Positions 1 to 9,870 are shown, counted from the first letter of the stretch. The stretch: DNA of 32,000 nt from Phycisphaera mikurensis NBRC 102666 (GCF_000284115.1 NC_017080.1:180001-212000); one strand, 5' to 3'. Numbers and translations: made by a program. Notes: generated by a model from the letters alone, not told the origin.

Positions 1-4
1 GCGG

Positions 5-859
5 GTGCTGACCGGCTTCACCCGGGCCCTGCGGGTCAAGTACCAGGACATCGAGGTCAGCCTCTCGGGCGAGGCCGAGGAGGGCTTCGGAGACAACGGT
101 GACCTGGAGCAGGACCTGCAGACGTTGCTCGTGCAGGTGGGCGCCGCGGCCGCCGCGGCGAGGAAGCCGGTGCTGATCCTGATCGACGAGCTGCAGTACG
201 TGAAGGTGACCGAGCTGGGCGCCCTGCTGTCCGCCAGCCACCGGCTCAGCCAGGAAGCGCTGCCGGTGATGCTGATCGGAGCGGGCCTGCCCCAGTTGCT
301 CGCCCGCATGGCGAAGGCGAAGTCCTACGCGGAGCGGCTCTTCGAGTACCCGCGGGTCGATGCGCTGCCCGAGGAGGCCGCCCGCCGGGCGCTGGTGAAG
401 CCCGCCGCGGACGAGGGAGCCGCCTTCGAGGAGGAAGCCCTCGCCGAGATCCTCCGCCAGACCCGCGGCTACCCGTACTTCCTCCAAGAGTGGGGCAAGC
501 ACGCCTGGGACTTCGCCGAGCGGTCGCCGATCACGCTCGACGACGTGGTGGCCGCTTCGGCCGCGGCCGTCTTGGCGCTGGACGAGGGCTTCTTCCGCGT
601 GCGGCTCGACCGCGTGACGCCGATGGAGCGGCGCTACCTCCGGGCCATGGCCGAGCTTGGAGAGGGGCCGCACCGCTCCGGCGACGTGGCCGAGCAGATG
701 AACCGCTCGCTGGAATCGCTGGGTTCCACCCGAGACAAACTCATCCGCAAGGGGATGATCTGGAGCCCGGCGTACGCGGAGATCGCGTTCACGGTGCCGA
801 TGTTCGACCGCTACCTGAAGCGGGTGATCCCGGACGCGGAGGCGGACGAAGAGCCGTGA
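5..859 (+). CDS. AAA/archaeal-type ATPase with C-terminal winged-helix-like region; probably truncated at its 5' end by the window edge
   Basis: Walker B/DE segment VLILIDELQYV, then VMLIGAGLPQL, and an RSGDVAEQMNRSLESLGSTRDKLIRKGMI helix-turn-helix-like tail. No Walker A is present, so the N-terminus likely lies upstream. Confidence 0.75.
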   Translation: MLTGFTRALRVKYQDIEVSLSGEAEEGFGDNGDLEQDLQTLLVQVGAAAAAARKPVLILIDELQYVKVTELGALLSASHRLSQEALPVMLIGAGLPQLLARMAKAKSYAERLFEYPRVDALPEEAARRALVKPAADEGAAFEEEALAEILRQTRGYPYFLQEWGKHAWDFAERSPITLDDVVAASAAAVLALDEGFFRVRLDRVTPMERRYLRAMAELGEGPHRSGDVAEQMNRSLESLGSTRDKLIRKGMIWSPAYAEIAFTVPMFDRYLKRVIPDAEADEEP

Positions 860-2967
860 TCTTCCTCCTCGCCGACACGCTAACCCGAGCGCTCGCGAAG
901 CTCACGAACCAGGAGCAGAAGCGGGTGAAGCTCACGTGCTTCCAGCTTCAAGTGGACCCCACCGGACACGGACTCCAGAAGCACCGAATCGACCATGGGA
1001 AGGACCCCAACTTCTGGTCGGCGCGTGTCAGCCGCGACCTCCGGCTGATCCTTCACCAGACGGGCAGCAGCCTCCTCGCGTGCTACGCCGGGCACCACGA
1101 CGACGCGTACGCGTGGGCGCAGCGCCGGCGGCTGGAGACGCACCCGCGGACGGGGGCGGCGCAGCTGGTGGAGGTGCGCGAAGCGGTGGAGGAAGCAAAT
1201 CCGCGGACCGTGGCCGAAAACGAGGAAACACCGCCACGGTCCGCGGATTCGGCGCCGGGAGTGCCGATCTTCCGGGGGGAGAGCGACGAGCGGCTGCTGT
1301 CCTTTGGCGTGCCGGAGGACTGGCTGCCCGACGTGAAGGCGGTGGTGGACGAGGACGCGCTGCTGGCCCTGGCCGACCGGCTGCCGGCGGAGGCGGCGGA
1401 GGCGCTCCTGTCGCTGGCGGTGGGCGAGGAGCCGGAAGTCACGCCGGCGACCGAGCCCGCTACGCCGGAGGAGGCCCTCGCCCACCCCGACGCTCGGCGC
1501 CGCTTCCACCTGATCGAGAACGATGCGGAGCTGGAGCGGGCCCTGGAGGCACCCGCCGACGGCTGGGCGGTGTTCCTGCACCCCAGCCAGCGGAGAATCG
1601 TCGACGCGACGCCGGCGGGGCCGACGCGGGTGGCCGGCTCGGCGGGCACGGGCAAGACGGTGGTGGCGCTGCACCGGGCGGCGCGGGTCCTGGCGCAGCG
1701 GCCCGAGGCCCGGGTGTTGCTCACAACCTTCGACCCGGTGCTGGCCCGGCAGCTGCGGCGGAAGATGAGCCTGCTGCTGGACGAGGACGCGAGGAAGCGG
1801 CTGGTGGTCAGGTCGCTCGACGACTTCGCGCTCGATCACCACGAGGCGGCAGTGGGCAGCGTGACCGTCGCCACCCGGGGCATGGTCCGCCGGGCGGTGG
1901 AGGACGCGCACGCGGGAGCTGCCCACGCGTTCCCGTGGCTCTCGCCGGAGCTGCTCGAGAGCGAGTGGCGGGACGTGGTGGACGCGTGGCAGATTGAGTC
2001 GCTGGAAGCGTACCGCGAGTTGAAGCGGGTCGGCCAGCGGACGCGGCTCGGCGAGAAGCAGCGGGAGGCGGTGTGGACCTGCCTGGAGGCGGCGCGAAGG
2101 CAGCTCGCCGCGGCCGGGCTCTCGACGATGCCGCGGGTGTATGCGGCGCTCGCGGGGGAAGAGGACCGGGCGGGGATCACGCACGCGGTGGTGGACGAGG
2201 CCCAGGACATCGGCGTGGCGCAGCTGCGGTACCTCGCCGGGCTGACGAAGTCCGAGAAACAGTCCAGCGACGCGCCGGACGCCCTGTTCTTCGCCGGCGA
2301 CCTCAACCAGCGGATCTTCCAGGCACCCTTCTCCTGGAAGCAGCTGGGGGTGGACGTCCGCGGGCGCAGCCGGACGCTGAAGCTGAACTACCGCACCAGC
2401 CACCAGATCCGCCGCGTGTCCGACCGGCTGCTGGACCCCACCGCCGCCGACGTGGACGGCAACGAGGCCGACAGCCGCGGAACCACTTCCGCCTTCAGCG
2501 GCCCGCCACCGGAAGTCCGCGCGTTCGACGACGCCGCGGCGGAGAGTCAGGCGGCGGGCGCGTGGATCGCGGAGCGGCTGGCCGAGGGCGTGCCGGCCGA
2601 GGAGATCGCCGTCTTCACGCGGACCGAGGGTCTTCTAACCCGCGCCGAGGCGGCGGTCCGCGGCGCGGGGGCCACGCCGGCGGTGCTCGATGGCCGGGCC
2701 GACCGCCCCGCCGGGCGCGTCGCCATCGGGCCGATGCACCGGGCCAAGGGCCTGGAGTTCCGGGCCGTGGCGGTCATCGCCTGCGATCGCGACGTGCTCC
2801 CGCTGTCATCCCGTCTGCTCGCCACGCCCGACCCCGCCCGCTGGCAGGACGTGCTCGACGCGGAGCGGCACCTGCTCTACGTCGCCTGCACGCGCGCCCG
2901 CGAGCGCTTGCTGGTGACGGCCGTTTCGCCTGCGAGCGAGCTGCTCGACGAGCTGGGCGGGAGCTGA
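856..2967 (+). CDS. UvrD/Rep-family superfamily I helicase with N-terminal RelE/ParE-like domain
   Basis: GTG at 856 overlaps the preceding TGA (GTGA). N-terminus IFLLADTLTRALAKLTNQEQKRVKLTCFQLQ...KDPNFWSARVSRDLRLILH...CYAGHHDDAYAWAQRR is RelE/ParE-like. Helicase motifs: GSAGTGKT, VVDEAQDIG, FAGDLNQRIF, HRAKGLEFRAVAV, LLYVACTRARERLLV. Confidence 0.85.
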   Translation: MIFLLADTLTRALAKLTNQEQKRVKLTCFQLQVDPTGHGLQKHRIDHGKDPNFWSARVSRDLRLILHQTGSSLLACYAGHHDDAYAWAQRRRLETHPRTGAAQLVEVREAVEEANPRTVAENEETPPRSADSAPGVPIFRGESDERLLSFGVPEDWLPDVKAVVDEDALLALADRLPAEAAEALLSLAVGEEPEVTPATEPATPEEALAHPDARRRFHLIENDAELERALEAPADGWAVFLHPSQRRIVDATPAGPTRVAGSAGTGKTVVALHRAARVLAQRPEARVLLTTFDPVLARQLRRKMSLLLDEDARKRLVVRSLDDFALDHHEAAVGSVTVATRGMVRRAVEDAHAGAAHAFPWLSPELLESEWRDVVDAWQIESLEAYRELKRVGQRTRLGEKQREAVWTCLEAARRQLAAAGLSTMPRVYAALAGEEDRAGITHAVVDEAQDIGVAQLRYLAGLTKSEKQSSDAPDALFFAGDLNQRIFQAPFSWKQLGVDVRGRSRTLKLNYRTSHQIRRVSDRLLDPTAADVDGNEADSRGTTSAFSGPPPEVRAFDDAAAESQAAGAWIAERLAEGVPAEEIAVFTRTEGLLTRAEAAVRGAGATPAVLDGRADRPAGRVAIGPMHRAKGLEFRAVAVIACDRDVLPLSSRLLATPDPARWQDVLDAERHLLYVACTRARERLLVTAVSPASELLDELGGS

Positions 2968-2975
2968 AGCGCCGG

Positions 2976-4016
2976 TCAGCCACCCGCAAAGAGCCCCTCG
3001 CCGGCCTCGCCCGCCTCGAAGCCCACGTGGTCGGCGCCGGCCTTGGTGAGGTGGCGGCCCTTTCGGGTGCGGGCGAGGAAGCCGAGCTGGAGGAGGTAGG
3101 GCTCGACGACGCTCTCCAGCGTGCCGGCGTCCTCGCCGAGCGTGGCGGCAACGGCTTCGAGGCCGACGGGGCCGCCGTGATAGACCTTCGCGATGACGCC
3201 GAGGTAGGCGCGGTCGAGGTCGTCGAGGCCGAGGGCGTCGATGCCTTCGAGCTTCAGCGCTTCGTCGACGACGGCGCGGTCCAGCCGGCCCGCGGCCTTC
3301 ACCTGCGCGTAGTCGCGGACGCGGCGCAGCAGCCGGTTGGCGATCCGCGGCGTGCCGCGGCAGCGGCCGGCGATCGCGCCCATCGCCTCGCGGCCGCCGG
3401 CGTCCATGTCCAGGTCGAGCAGCCCGGCGGAGCGTTCGAGGATCGTGAGAAGCTCGCCGCGGGTGTAGAACTGCAGGTTGTGCGCGATGCCGAAGCGGGA
3501 GCGCATCGGCCCGCTCAGCAGGCCCGCCCGCGTGGTGGCGCCGATGAGCGTGAAGGGCTTCAGCTTGAGCGCGATCGTCTTCGCGTGCATGCCCGAATCG
3601 ACGGTGAAGTCGATCTGGAAATCCTCCATCGCCGGGTAGACGAACTCCTCAACGGCGACGGGCAGCCGGTGGATCTCGTCGATGAACAGCACGTCGCCGT
3701 GCTGGAGCTTGGTGAGCGTGCCGACCAGGTCGGCACCCTTGGTGAGCGCCGGCCCGCTGGTGATCGCGCAGTGCGTGCCCATCTCCTTGGCGATGATGTG
3801 CGCGAGCGTGGTCTTGCCCAGGCCCGGCGGGCCGTGCAGCAGCACGTGCTCCATGGGCTCGTTGCGGGCCCGGACGGCCTGCAGCGTGATGGAGAGCTTC
3901 TCCTTGAGCGTGGCCTGGCCGACGTAGTCCTCCAGGGCGTCGGGGCGCAGCGACAGGTTGACGGCCTCCTCGACGGGGCCGGCGGACTCGGCGGCGATGA
4001 GGCGTTCTTTGGCCAC
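2976..4016 (-). CDS. ruvB: Holliday junction branch migration DNA helicase RuvB
   Basis: LRPDALEDYVGQ, HVLLHGPPGLGKTTLAHIIAKEMG, DVLFIDEIHRLP, LIGATTRAGLLSGPMRSRFGI. GTG start at 4016 (alternative GTG at 4025). Convergent with the upstream helicase. Confidence 0.95.
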   Translation of the reverse strand: MAKERLIAAESAGPVEEAVNLSLRPDALEDYVGQATLKEKLSITLQAVRARNEPMEHVLLHGPPGLGKTTLAHIIAKEMGTHCAITSGPALTKGADLVGTLTKLQHGDVLFIDEIHRLPVAVEEFVYPAMEDFQIDFTVDSGMHAKTIALKLKPFTLIGATTRAGLLSGPMRSRFGIAHNLQFYTRGELLTILERSAGLLDLDMDAGGREAMGAIAGRCRGTPRIANRLLRRVRDYAQVKAAGRLDRAVVDEALKLEGIDALGLDDLDRAYLGVIAKVYHGGPVGLEAVAATLGEDAGTLESVVEPYLLQLGFLARTRKGRHLTKAGADHVGFEAGEAGEGLFAGG

Positions 4017-4154
4017 GCCGGACACGTTACGAACCGCCCGCAGGCTGCTCCTCTCGGGAAGCGCCGAGCGAAGCCAGAAGGCGTCGAACGCAGCGGCGGC
4101 TCCGCCGACGCGGAGGCGCGAACGCATCGGGACGCCCCGATCCGACCCGCAGGG

Positions 4155-5882
4155 TCAGATCAAGCCAACGACGCGGTGCGCCTCGTCGATCCCCGTCTCC
4201 CCCGCGAGGATCAGCTCCCGCGCCCGCTCCCGCAGCGTCACCAGCCCCGCCTCTCTCGCCGCCGCCTTGAGCTGCGCGATGTTCGGCTTGGCCATGACGA
4301 CGTCGCGGATCGCGTCGCTGGCGGTCATCAGCTCGTGCACGCCGGTGCGGCCGCGGTAGCCGGTGGCGAAGCACCGGGCGCAGCCGACGGGGCCAAGAAC
4401 GGGGTCCTCGGGCGGGCTCTCGAGGCCGAGGCGGGCGAGGTCCGGAGCGGTCAGCTCCACCGGGGCCTTGCAGTGCGGGCACAGCGTGCGGACCAGCCGC
4501 TGGGCGAGCACGAGGTTCAGCGTGCTGGCGACGAGGTAGGGCTCGACGCCGAGGTCCAGCAGGCGGAAGATCGTGCCGATCGCGTCGTTGGCGTGGATGG
4601 TCGACAGCACCAGGTGCCCGGTCGTCGCGGCCTGCATCGCGGTGACGGCGGTGTCCTGGTCGCGGATCTCGCCGAGCACGATGACGTCGGGGTCCTGCCG
4701 CAGGCACGAGCGCAGCAGCGCCGAGAAGCCGTGGCCGCGCTCGGTGTCGACGGGGATCTGCGTGACGCCCTCGAGCTCGTACTCGATGGGGTCCTCGATC
4801 GTGATGACGTTGCGCAGCCCGGCGTCGATGCCGCGGAGGACCGCGTACAGCGTCGTGGTCTTGCCCGAGCCGGTCGGGCCGCACACGGTCATCAGCCCGG
4901 TGCTCACCTCGCTGGCGGCGGAGAGGCTGGAGATGATGCCCGGCGGGGCCCCGAGGCTCTCCAGCGTCTGCGGCGCGAGCGTCTTGTCGAGCACGCGCAG
5001 CACCATCTTCTGGCCGTGCATCACCGGGGTGAAGCTCACGCGGTAGTCGATGCTGCGGCTGGGCGTGCGGACGCTGAAGTGGCCCTCCTGCACGATCGCC
5101 CGCTGGGAGATGTCGATGTCGGAGAGCACCTTGCACAGCGAGGCGATCCGCTTGTACAGGTCGGCGGGCAGGTCGCAGACGGTGATCATCGCGCCGTCGA
5201 TGCGCATCCGCAGGTTGGCGTCGGCCTGGCCGGGCTCCAGGTGCAGGTCGGTGGCGTGGCAGCGGGCCGCCCCGTAGAGCATCATCTGCAGCACCATCAG
5301 CGAGTCGCTGCCGCCGCCGCCCTCCTCGCCGTGGACGACCTGGCTGCGGGCGTTGAGCAGGCCCATCTGGTCGAGCCGGAAGCCCGGGTCGTTGCCGATC
5401 TTCGCGAGCGACTGGATCGAGTCGGCGCCGTAGGCGTTGGCGACCTTTCTCGCGGTCGCGGGGGCGGTCGCGGCCCGGGGTGCGGCCGCGGCCGCGGCGT
5501 CGGCCGTCTCGGCTTCGCCCTCGACGAGCACCGCGACGTCGAACACCTCGTCCTCCTCCTCGCCCGCCCCCGGGGCCGCGGCGACCGTCGCCCGCTCCAC
5601 GAAGCGGACGTGCGTGGAGCCCAGGCGGAAGACGCCCTGGTCGCGCAGCTTCACCGCCTCCACGCGGTGCTTGCCGACGAAGGTGCCGTTGCGGCTCTTG
5701 AGGTCGTGCAGAACCCAGCGGCCGTCCACCGGCGCCACCGCGCAGTGCCGCCGGGAGATCTGCGGGTCGTCGGTGATGGTGATCGCGCACTCCCCGAGCC
5801 GGCCGAGGTACGCCGGCCCGTCGCCGAGCTCGACCGCTTCCAGCACCCGCCCGCTCGCGTCGATCCGTTCCAGGAGTGGCAT
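4155..5882 (-). CDS. FHA domain fused to GspE/PilB-type secretion/pilus assembly ATPase
   Basis: N-terminal FHA motifs ISRRHC and SRNGTFV. C-terminal GPTGSGKTTTLYAVLRG, RQDPDVIVLGEIRDQDTA, GHLVLSTIHANDAI, and a CPHC...CARC cysteine pair. Confidence 0.9.
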   Translation of the reverse strand: MPLLERIDASGRVLEAVELGDGPAYLGRLGECAITITDDPQISRRHCAVAPVDGRWVLHDLKSRNGTFVGKHRVEAVKLRDQGVFRLGSTHVRFVERATVAAAPGAGEEEDEVFDVAVLVEGEAETADAAAAAAPRAATAPATARKVANAYGADSIQSLAKIGNDPGFRLDQMGLLNARSQVVHGEEGGGGSDSLMVLQMMLYGAARCHATDLHLEPGQADANLRMRIDGAMITVCDLPADLYKRIASLCKVLSDIDISQRAIVQEGHFSVRTPSRSIDYRVSFTPVMHGQKMVLRVLDKTLAPQTLESLGAPPGIISSLSAASEVSTGLMTVCGPTGSGKTTTLYAVLRGIDAGLRNVITIEDPIEYELEGVTQIPVDTERGHGFSALLRSCLRQDPDVIVLGEIRDQDTAVTAMQAATTGHLVLSTIHANDAIGTIFRLLDLGVEPYLVASTLNLVLAQRLVRTLCPHCKAPVELTAPDLARLGLESPPEDPVLGPVGCARCFATGYRGRTGVHELMTASDAIRDVVMAKPNIAQLKAAAREAGLVTLRERARELILAGETGIDEAHRVVGLI

Positions 5883-5997
5883 GGCGGGGAGGGTAGAGCG
5901 TGGCCGCCGGCCGCCGCCGGAGCAGCCGCGGCCGCGGACCGCGGGCATCGCGTGCCGCTTCCGGCGACGGTCCGCGGCCGGCCGGATCCCGCCGGCT

Positions 5998-8628
5998 TCA
6001 GGCCGCCCGCCTCAGCAGCCGCTCCTCGGCCTCGGACGCTTGCTCCGCCCCCACCAGCCGCAGCGGCCGCTCGGCCGCCAGGGCCGCCGCCCAGGCGGGC
6101 ACCTCGTCCGCCGGCAGCGGCCTCGAGAAGTGGTACCCCTGCGCGTGGCTGCACTTCAGGCGGGCGACGTGCTCGAGCTGGGCGGGGGTCTCGATGCCCT
6201 CGGCGACGATGTCGATGTCGAGGTCCTCGGCGAGGCGCGCGACCGCGGAGAGCATCGCGACCCGGCGCGGGTCGTCCTGCAGGTCGGCCACGAAGGAGCG
6301 GTCGATCTTCAGGACGTCCAGCGGGAAGCGGTCGAGGCAGGCCAGCGAGGAGTGGCCCGACCCGAAGTCGTCCATGTCGATCTGCACGCCCAGGGCGCGG
6401 ACGGCGGCGAGCGCCGTGAGCGCCGACTCCGGGTCGGACATCACCTCGGTCTCGGTGACCTCCAGGTGCAGCGACGCCGCGTCGATGCCGTGGCGCCGCA
6501 GGCACTCCCCGACCTCGCTGGCGAGCGTCGCCTCGCGCAGCTGCTGCCGGGCGAGGTTCACGCCGATCTTCCAGCCCGCGGCGCCCGGCACGCCGGCGGC
6601 CCGCCACGCGGCGAGCTGCCCGAGGGCGTCGCTGAGCACGCGGGCACCGATCGGCTGGATCAGCCCGGTCTCCTCGGCGACGCCGATGAAGGCGAACGGG
6701 GCGAGGCGGCCACGCTGGGGGTGGTTCCACCGCACCAGCGCCTCCAGGCGGTGGATCTCCGGCGGCCCGCCCGCGGAGGGGAGGCTCATGATCGGCTGGT
6801 AGAAGACCTCCATCTCGCCGCGCTCGGCGGCGCCGCGGAGGTCGGTCTCGGTCTGCAGCCGCTCGGCGACCCGCTCGCGCATCGCCCGGTCGAAGAGCAC
6901 GCACGCGGCCCGGCCCGCGGCCTTGGCTTCGTACATCGCGGTGTCCGCGTCGCGCACCATCTCCTCGGCCCACTCGTAGCTGCCGTCGCCGAGCACCACG
7001 CCGATGCTGGCGGTGGAGACGACCTGGCGGCCGCCGAGGTCGTACGGCTCGGCCAGCCGGGCGAGCAGCCGCTCGGCGACGGCGACCGCGTCGGCCGGGC
7101 GGGCGAGGTTCTCCAACGCCACGATGAACTCGTCTCCGCCGAAGCGTGCCGCCGCCCCGCGGGACATCTCCGACGTGCGGGGCCCGGGCCGGCCGCTGCT
7201 GGCGGCGGCGAGGTCGTTGCCGCGGAGCTCGGCGGTGAGGCGCTCGGCGATCGCCCGCAGCAGCCGGTCGCCGCTTTGGTGGCCCAGCGAGTCGTTGATG
7301 ATCTTGAAGCGGTCGAAGTCCAGGAAGAGGACGCCGTGGTGGTAGCCCGGTTCGCCACGGGCCCGCTCCAGCGACTCCTGCACGCGGTGCAGCAGCGCCG
7401 GCCGGTTGGCCAGGCCGGTGAGCCGGTCGGTGAGCGCGGCGGTGCGGAGGTTCTCGGTCATCCGCCGGGCGATCGTCTCGGCCCGGGAAGCCAGCTTCAC
7501 CTGGGCGTGCTGCAGCACGGCGAGCAGGCACGCCAGCACCGCCCCGACCAGGCCGGCGAGCCACACGTCGCCGGTGGGCCGGGCCTGGAAGGCCGCCGAG
7601 GGCGCCGCTTCGAGCGTCCACCGCCGGCCCGCGATCGACAGCGGAACCGGCGGGCCCAGCGACGCCGCGGCGACGCCGCTCCCGGTGCCGGCGGATCCCT
7701 CCGCTGCGCGGGAATCAAAGAGCGTGCTGCCCGTGGAGGAGGCGATGCGGAAGTCCAGCTCGGAATCGACCGACTCGGGCAGGCCGGCGAACAGCGCCTC
7801 GCGGTCGAGCCGCATGAAGACCCAGCCGCGGCTGAGCGTCATCCGCTCGGAGATCACCGGCGTGACGCCGCCGCGGTAGATCGGCATCAGCAGGTACATG
7901 CCGCTGGCGGTCTCGACGAAGACGCTGTGGCCCAGGCCGGTCGCCCGCGCGAGCGCCGCGTCGATCACCGGGGTCCGCACGAACGGCCCCGACGGGGGGA
8001 TCGGGCCGTTGGGCACCGCCGCGGAGAGCAGGACCGGGAGCTTGCCCGCCTTCGCCTCGTCCGGCAGGCCGATCTTGCCCACCAGCTCGGCGGCGGGGAA
8101 GGCGAGGCGGAGATTCAGCGAGTCGACCGCCTCGCGGAAGGCGAGGTCCAGCGGGGTCGCGAGCAGGATCGGGTTGGACCGACACGCGACGGCGGCGCCC
8201 GGGCCGCTGGCGGGCCCCGCGTCGTCGGCGGAGCCGGCCGGCCACGGCCGCGCGGCCCCGAGGCCGGCCGCGACCTCCGAGGCGAGCACGAGGCCGCGGA
8301 CGGCCTGCAGCCCGTGGCGGTGGTCCATCATCCGCCGCGACAGGGTGTACCGCAGCTTCTCCTCGAGGTGCTTCATCCGCTCCGCGTCGGCCGCGGCGTG
8401 CCAGCCGAGCATCACCACCACCGAGGCCGCGGTCAGCGCCAGGACGGCGGCGATGGTCAGCGGCACCGCCGTGCGGTTGAAGGTCGTCCGCAGGTGCCGC
8501 TCGCCGCCGCCGACGGCCGGCGGTGCGGCCCGCCAAGGGCCGCCGCGTCGGCCGGTGGCGCGGCGATCCGCTCCCCTTCGGGGGTTGGCGGGGGCGTCCC
8601 GCGGGCACGGCTGGAAGGCTTTGCTCAT
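5998..8628 (-). CDS. Membrane-associated diguanylate cyclase/phosphodiesterase (N-terminal periplasmic CHASE-like region, GGDEF, EAL)
   Basis: RFGGDEFIVALEN, EALVRWNHP, DVLKIDRSFV, EGIETPAQ. Hydrophobic segments flank a MMDHRHGLQAVRGLVLAS... sensor region. Confidence 0.9.
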   Translation of the reverse strand: MSKAFQPCPRDAPANPRRGADRRATGRRGGPWRAAPPAVGGGERHLRTTFNRTAVPLTIAAVLALTAASVVVMLGWHAAADAERMKHLEEKLRYTLSRRMMDHRHGLQAVRGLVLASEVAAGLGAARPWPAGSADDAGPASGPGAAVACRSNPILLATPLDLAFREAVDSLNLRLAFPAAELVGKIGLPDEAKAGKLPVLLSAAVPNGPIPPSGPFVRTPVIDAALARATGLGHSVFVETASGMYLLMPIYRGGVTPVISERMTLSRGWVFMRLDREALFAGLPESVDSELDFRIASSTGSTLFDSRAAEGSAGTGSGVAAASLGPPVPLSIAGRRWTLEAAPSAAFQARPTGDVWLAGLVGAVLACLLAVLQHAQVKLASRAETIARRMTENLRTAALTDRLTGLANRPALLHRVQESLERARGEPGYHHGVLFLDFDRFKIINDSLGHQSGDRLLRAIAERLTAELRGNDLAAASSGRPGPRTSEMSRGAAARFGGDEFIVALENLARPADAVAVAERLLARLAEPYDLGGRQVVSTASIGVVLGDGSYEWAEEMVRDADTAMYEAKAAGRAACVLFDRAMRERVAERLQTETDLRGAAERGEMEVFYQPIMSLPSAGGPPEIHRLEALVRWNHPQRGRLAPFAFIGVAEETGLIQPIGARVLSDALGQLAAWRAAGVPGAAGWKIGVNLARQQLREATLASEVGECLRRHGIDAASLHLEVTETEVMSDPESALTALAAVRALGVQIDMDDFGSGHSSLACLDRFPLDVLKIDRSFVADLQDDPRRVAMLSAVARLAEDLDIDIVAEGIETPAQLEHVARLKCSHAQGYHFSRPLPADEVPAWAAALAAERPLRLVGAEQASEAEERLLRRAA

Positions 8629-8745
8629 GAGCGCGCGGCGTCCGGTCGATCCGAAACCCCCACCGGACGCCCGGGCGGTCGACCGACCGGGCTGGCGGCT
8701 ACGCCATCGACCGCCCGGCCCGCCGACTTCACCCGCGGTTTTCGA

Positions 8746-9666
8746 TCAGCGCAGACCCAGCACCGCGTCGATGCAGGCCCGGTTCACCGCCGCGTTCGCC
8801 GCGGCCAGGTTGTTGGCGTTGTGCGACCCCAGGATCACCCCGGGCAGGTCCCGCAGCGGGCTCTCCCGCGGGAGCGGCTCCTCCGCGAAGACGTCCAGCG
8901 CCGCGCCGGAGAGACGCCCCGCCGCCAGCGCCGCGTGGAGCGACGGCTCGTCCACGACCGGCCCCCGGGCCACGTTCACCAGCGTCGCGCCCGGCTTCAT
9001 CGCCGCCAACGCCGCGGCATCGAGCAGGCGCCGGGTCGCGGGGACCAGCGGGCAGCACAGCACCACGTGATCGGCTTGGGCCAGGAGCTCCGGGAGCGGG
9101 GCCGGTTCCACCCCCGCGGGAGGCTCGGCGGCCGGATCGGCACCCAGCAGCCGGCAGCCGAAGCCCGCGAGCCGCGCCGCGGTCGCCCGCCCGATCGCCC
9201 CGAGCCCCACGATCCCCACGACCGAACCCGCCAGGCCGCGGCCCTCGGGCTTGGGCCAGCCCCCCGCCCGGACGGCGGCGTCCACCGCGAGGAGGTGCCG
9301 CGTGAGCATCAGGAGGTAGCCCACCGCCACCTCCGCCACCGCCACCCCGAACGCCCCGGGCGTGTTGCGGACTTGCACGCCGCGGCGGCGGGCCGCGTCG
9401 AGATCGAAGCTGTCCAGCCCCACGCCCCACTTGGCGATGAGGCGGAGCCGCGGGGTCGCGGCGGCGAGCACGGCGTCGGTCACCTCGTCGTCGCCCGCGA
9501 TCCAGCCGTCGAAGCCGCGGGAGCCGAACAGCGCGAGCAGCTCGGCTTCGCCGAGCGCCTGCTTCACCGGGTGGGGGACCAGCCGAACCCCCGCGGCGTC
9601 GAGCTCCGCCGCGAAGGCCGGGGCGTCCCGCTGCATGACCAGATTGGTGACGAGGACGTCGATCAT
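8746..9666 (-). CDS. D-isomer specific 2-hydroxyacid dehydrogenase (phosphoglycerate dehydrogenase-like)
   Basis: NAD-binding GIVGLGAIGRATAARLAGFG, and NVARGPVVDEPSLHAAL...GAALDVFAEEPLP. Confidence 0.88.
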   Translation of the reverse strand: MIDVLVTNLVMQRDAPAFAAELDAAGVRLVPHPVKQALGEAELLALFGSRGFDGWIAGDDEVTDAVLAAATPRLRLIAKWGVGLDSFDLDAARRRGVQVRNTPGAFGVAVAEVAVGYLLMLTRHLLAVDAAVRAGGWPKPEGRGLAGSVVGIVGLGAIGRATAARLAGFGCRLLGADPAAEPPAGVEPAPLPELLAQADHVVLCCPLVPATRRLLDAAALAAMKPGATLVNVARGPVVDEPSLHAALAAGRLSGAALDVFAEEPLPRESPLRDLPGVILGSHNANNLAAANAAVNRACIDAVLGLR

Positions 9667-9782
9667 GTCCGGCTCGGCGGGAGGGAAGCGGCCGTCGCGG
9701 CCTGACCGTGGTCGCGGGAACGCTACCGCGGCGCCGCCGCGAAGGGCGACTCACAGGTCCGAACAAAACCTTTCCACAACGC

Positions 9783-9811
9783 TTGACGCGGACCCGCCAC
9801 TTCCCTAACGT
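9783..9811 (+). promoter_or_regulatory. Candidate sigma70-type promoter for recA
   Basis: TTGACG (9783-9788), 17-nt spacer, TAACGT (9806-9811), about 60 nt upstream of the recA ORF. Weak -10 match; sequence-only call. Confidence 0.3.
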
Positions 9812-9870
9812 CTCCGCCGTGCGCCGAAGGAATCGGCGACCTCCCGTTCCACCCCAGCGAGCTCAATACC

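Noticed and set aside
880-2403. 507-aa minus-strand ORF opposite the helicase
   Set aside because: Antisense shadow of a gene with complete SF1 helicase motifs.
2073-6419. 1448-aa plus-strand ORF (and similar giants at 5437-9705, 12380-14530, 13561-15003, 16602-17966, 24520-27567 region)
   Set aside because: High-GC shadow ORFs antisense or out-of-frame to motif-verified genes (helicase, ruvB, gspE, lpxB, rluB). Low-complexity Arg/Ala/Gly/Pro composition with no recognisable domains.
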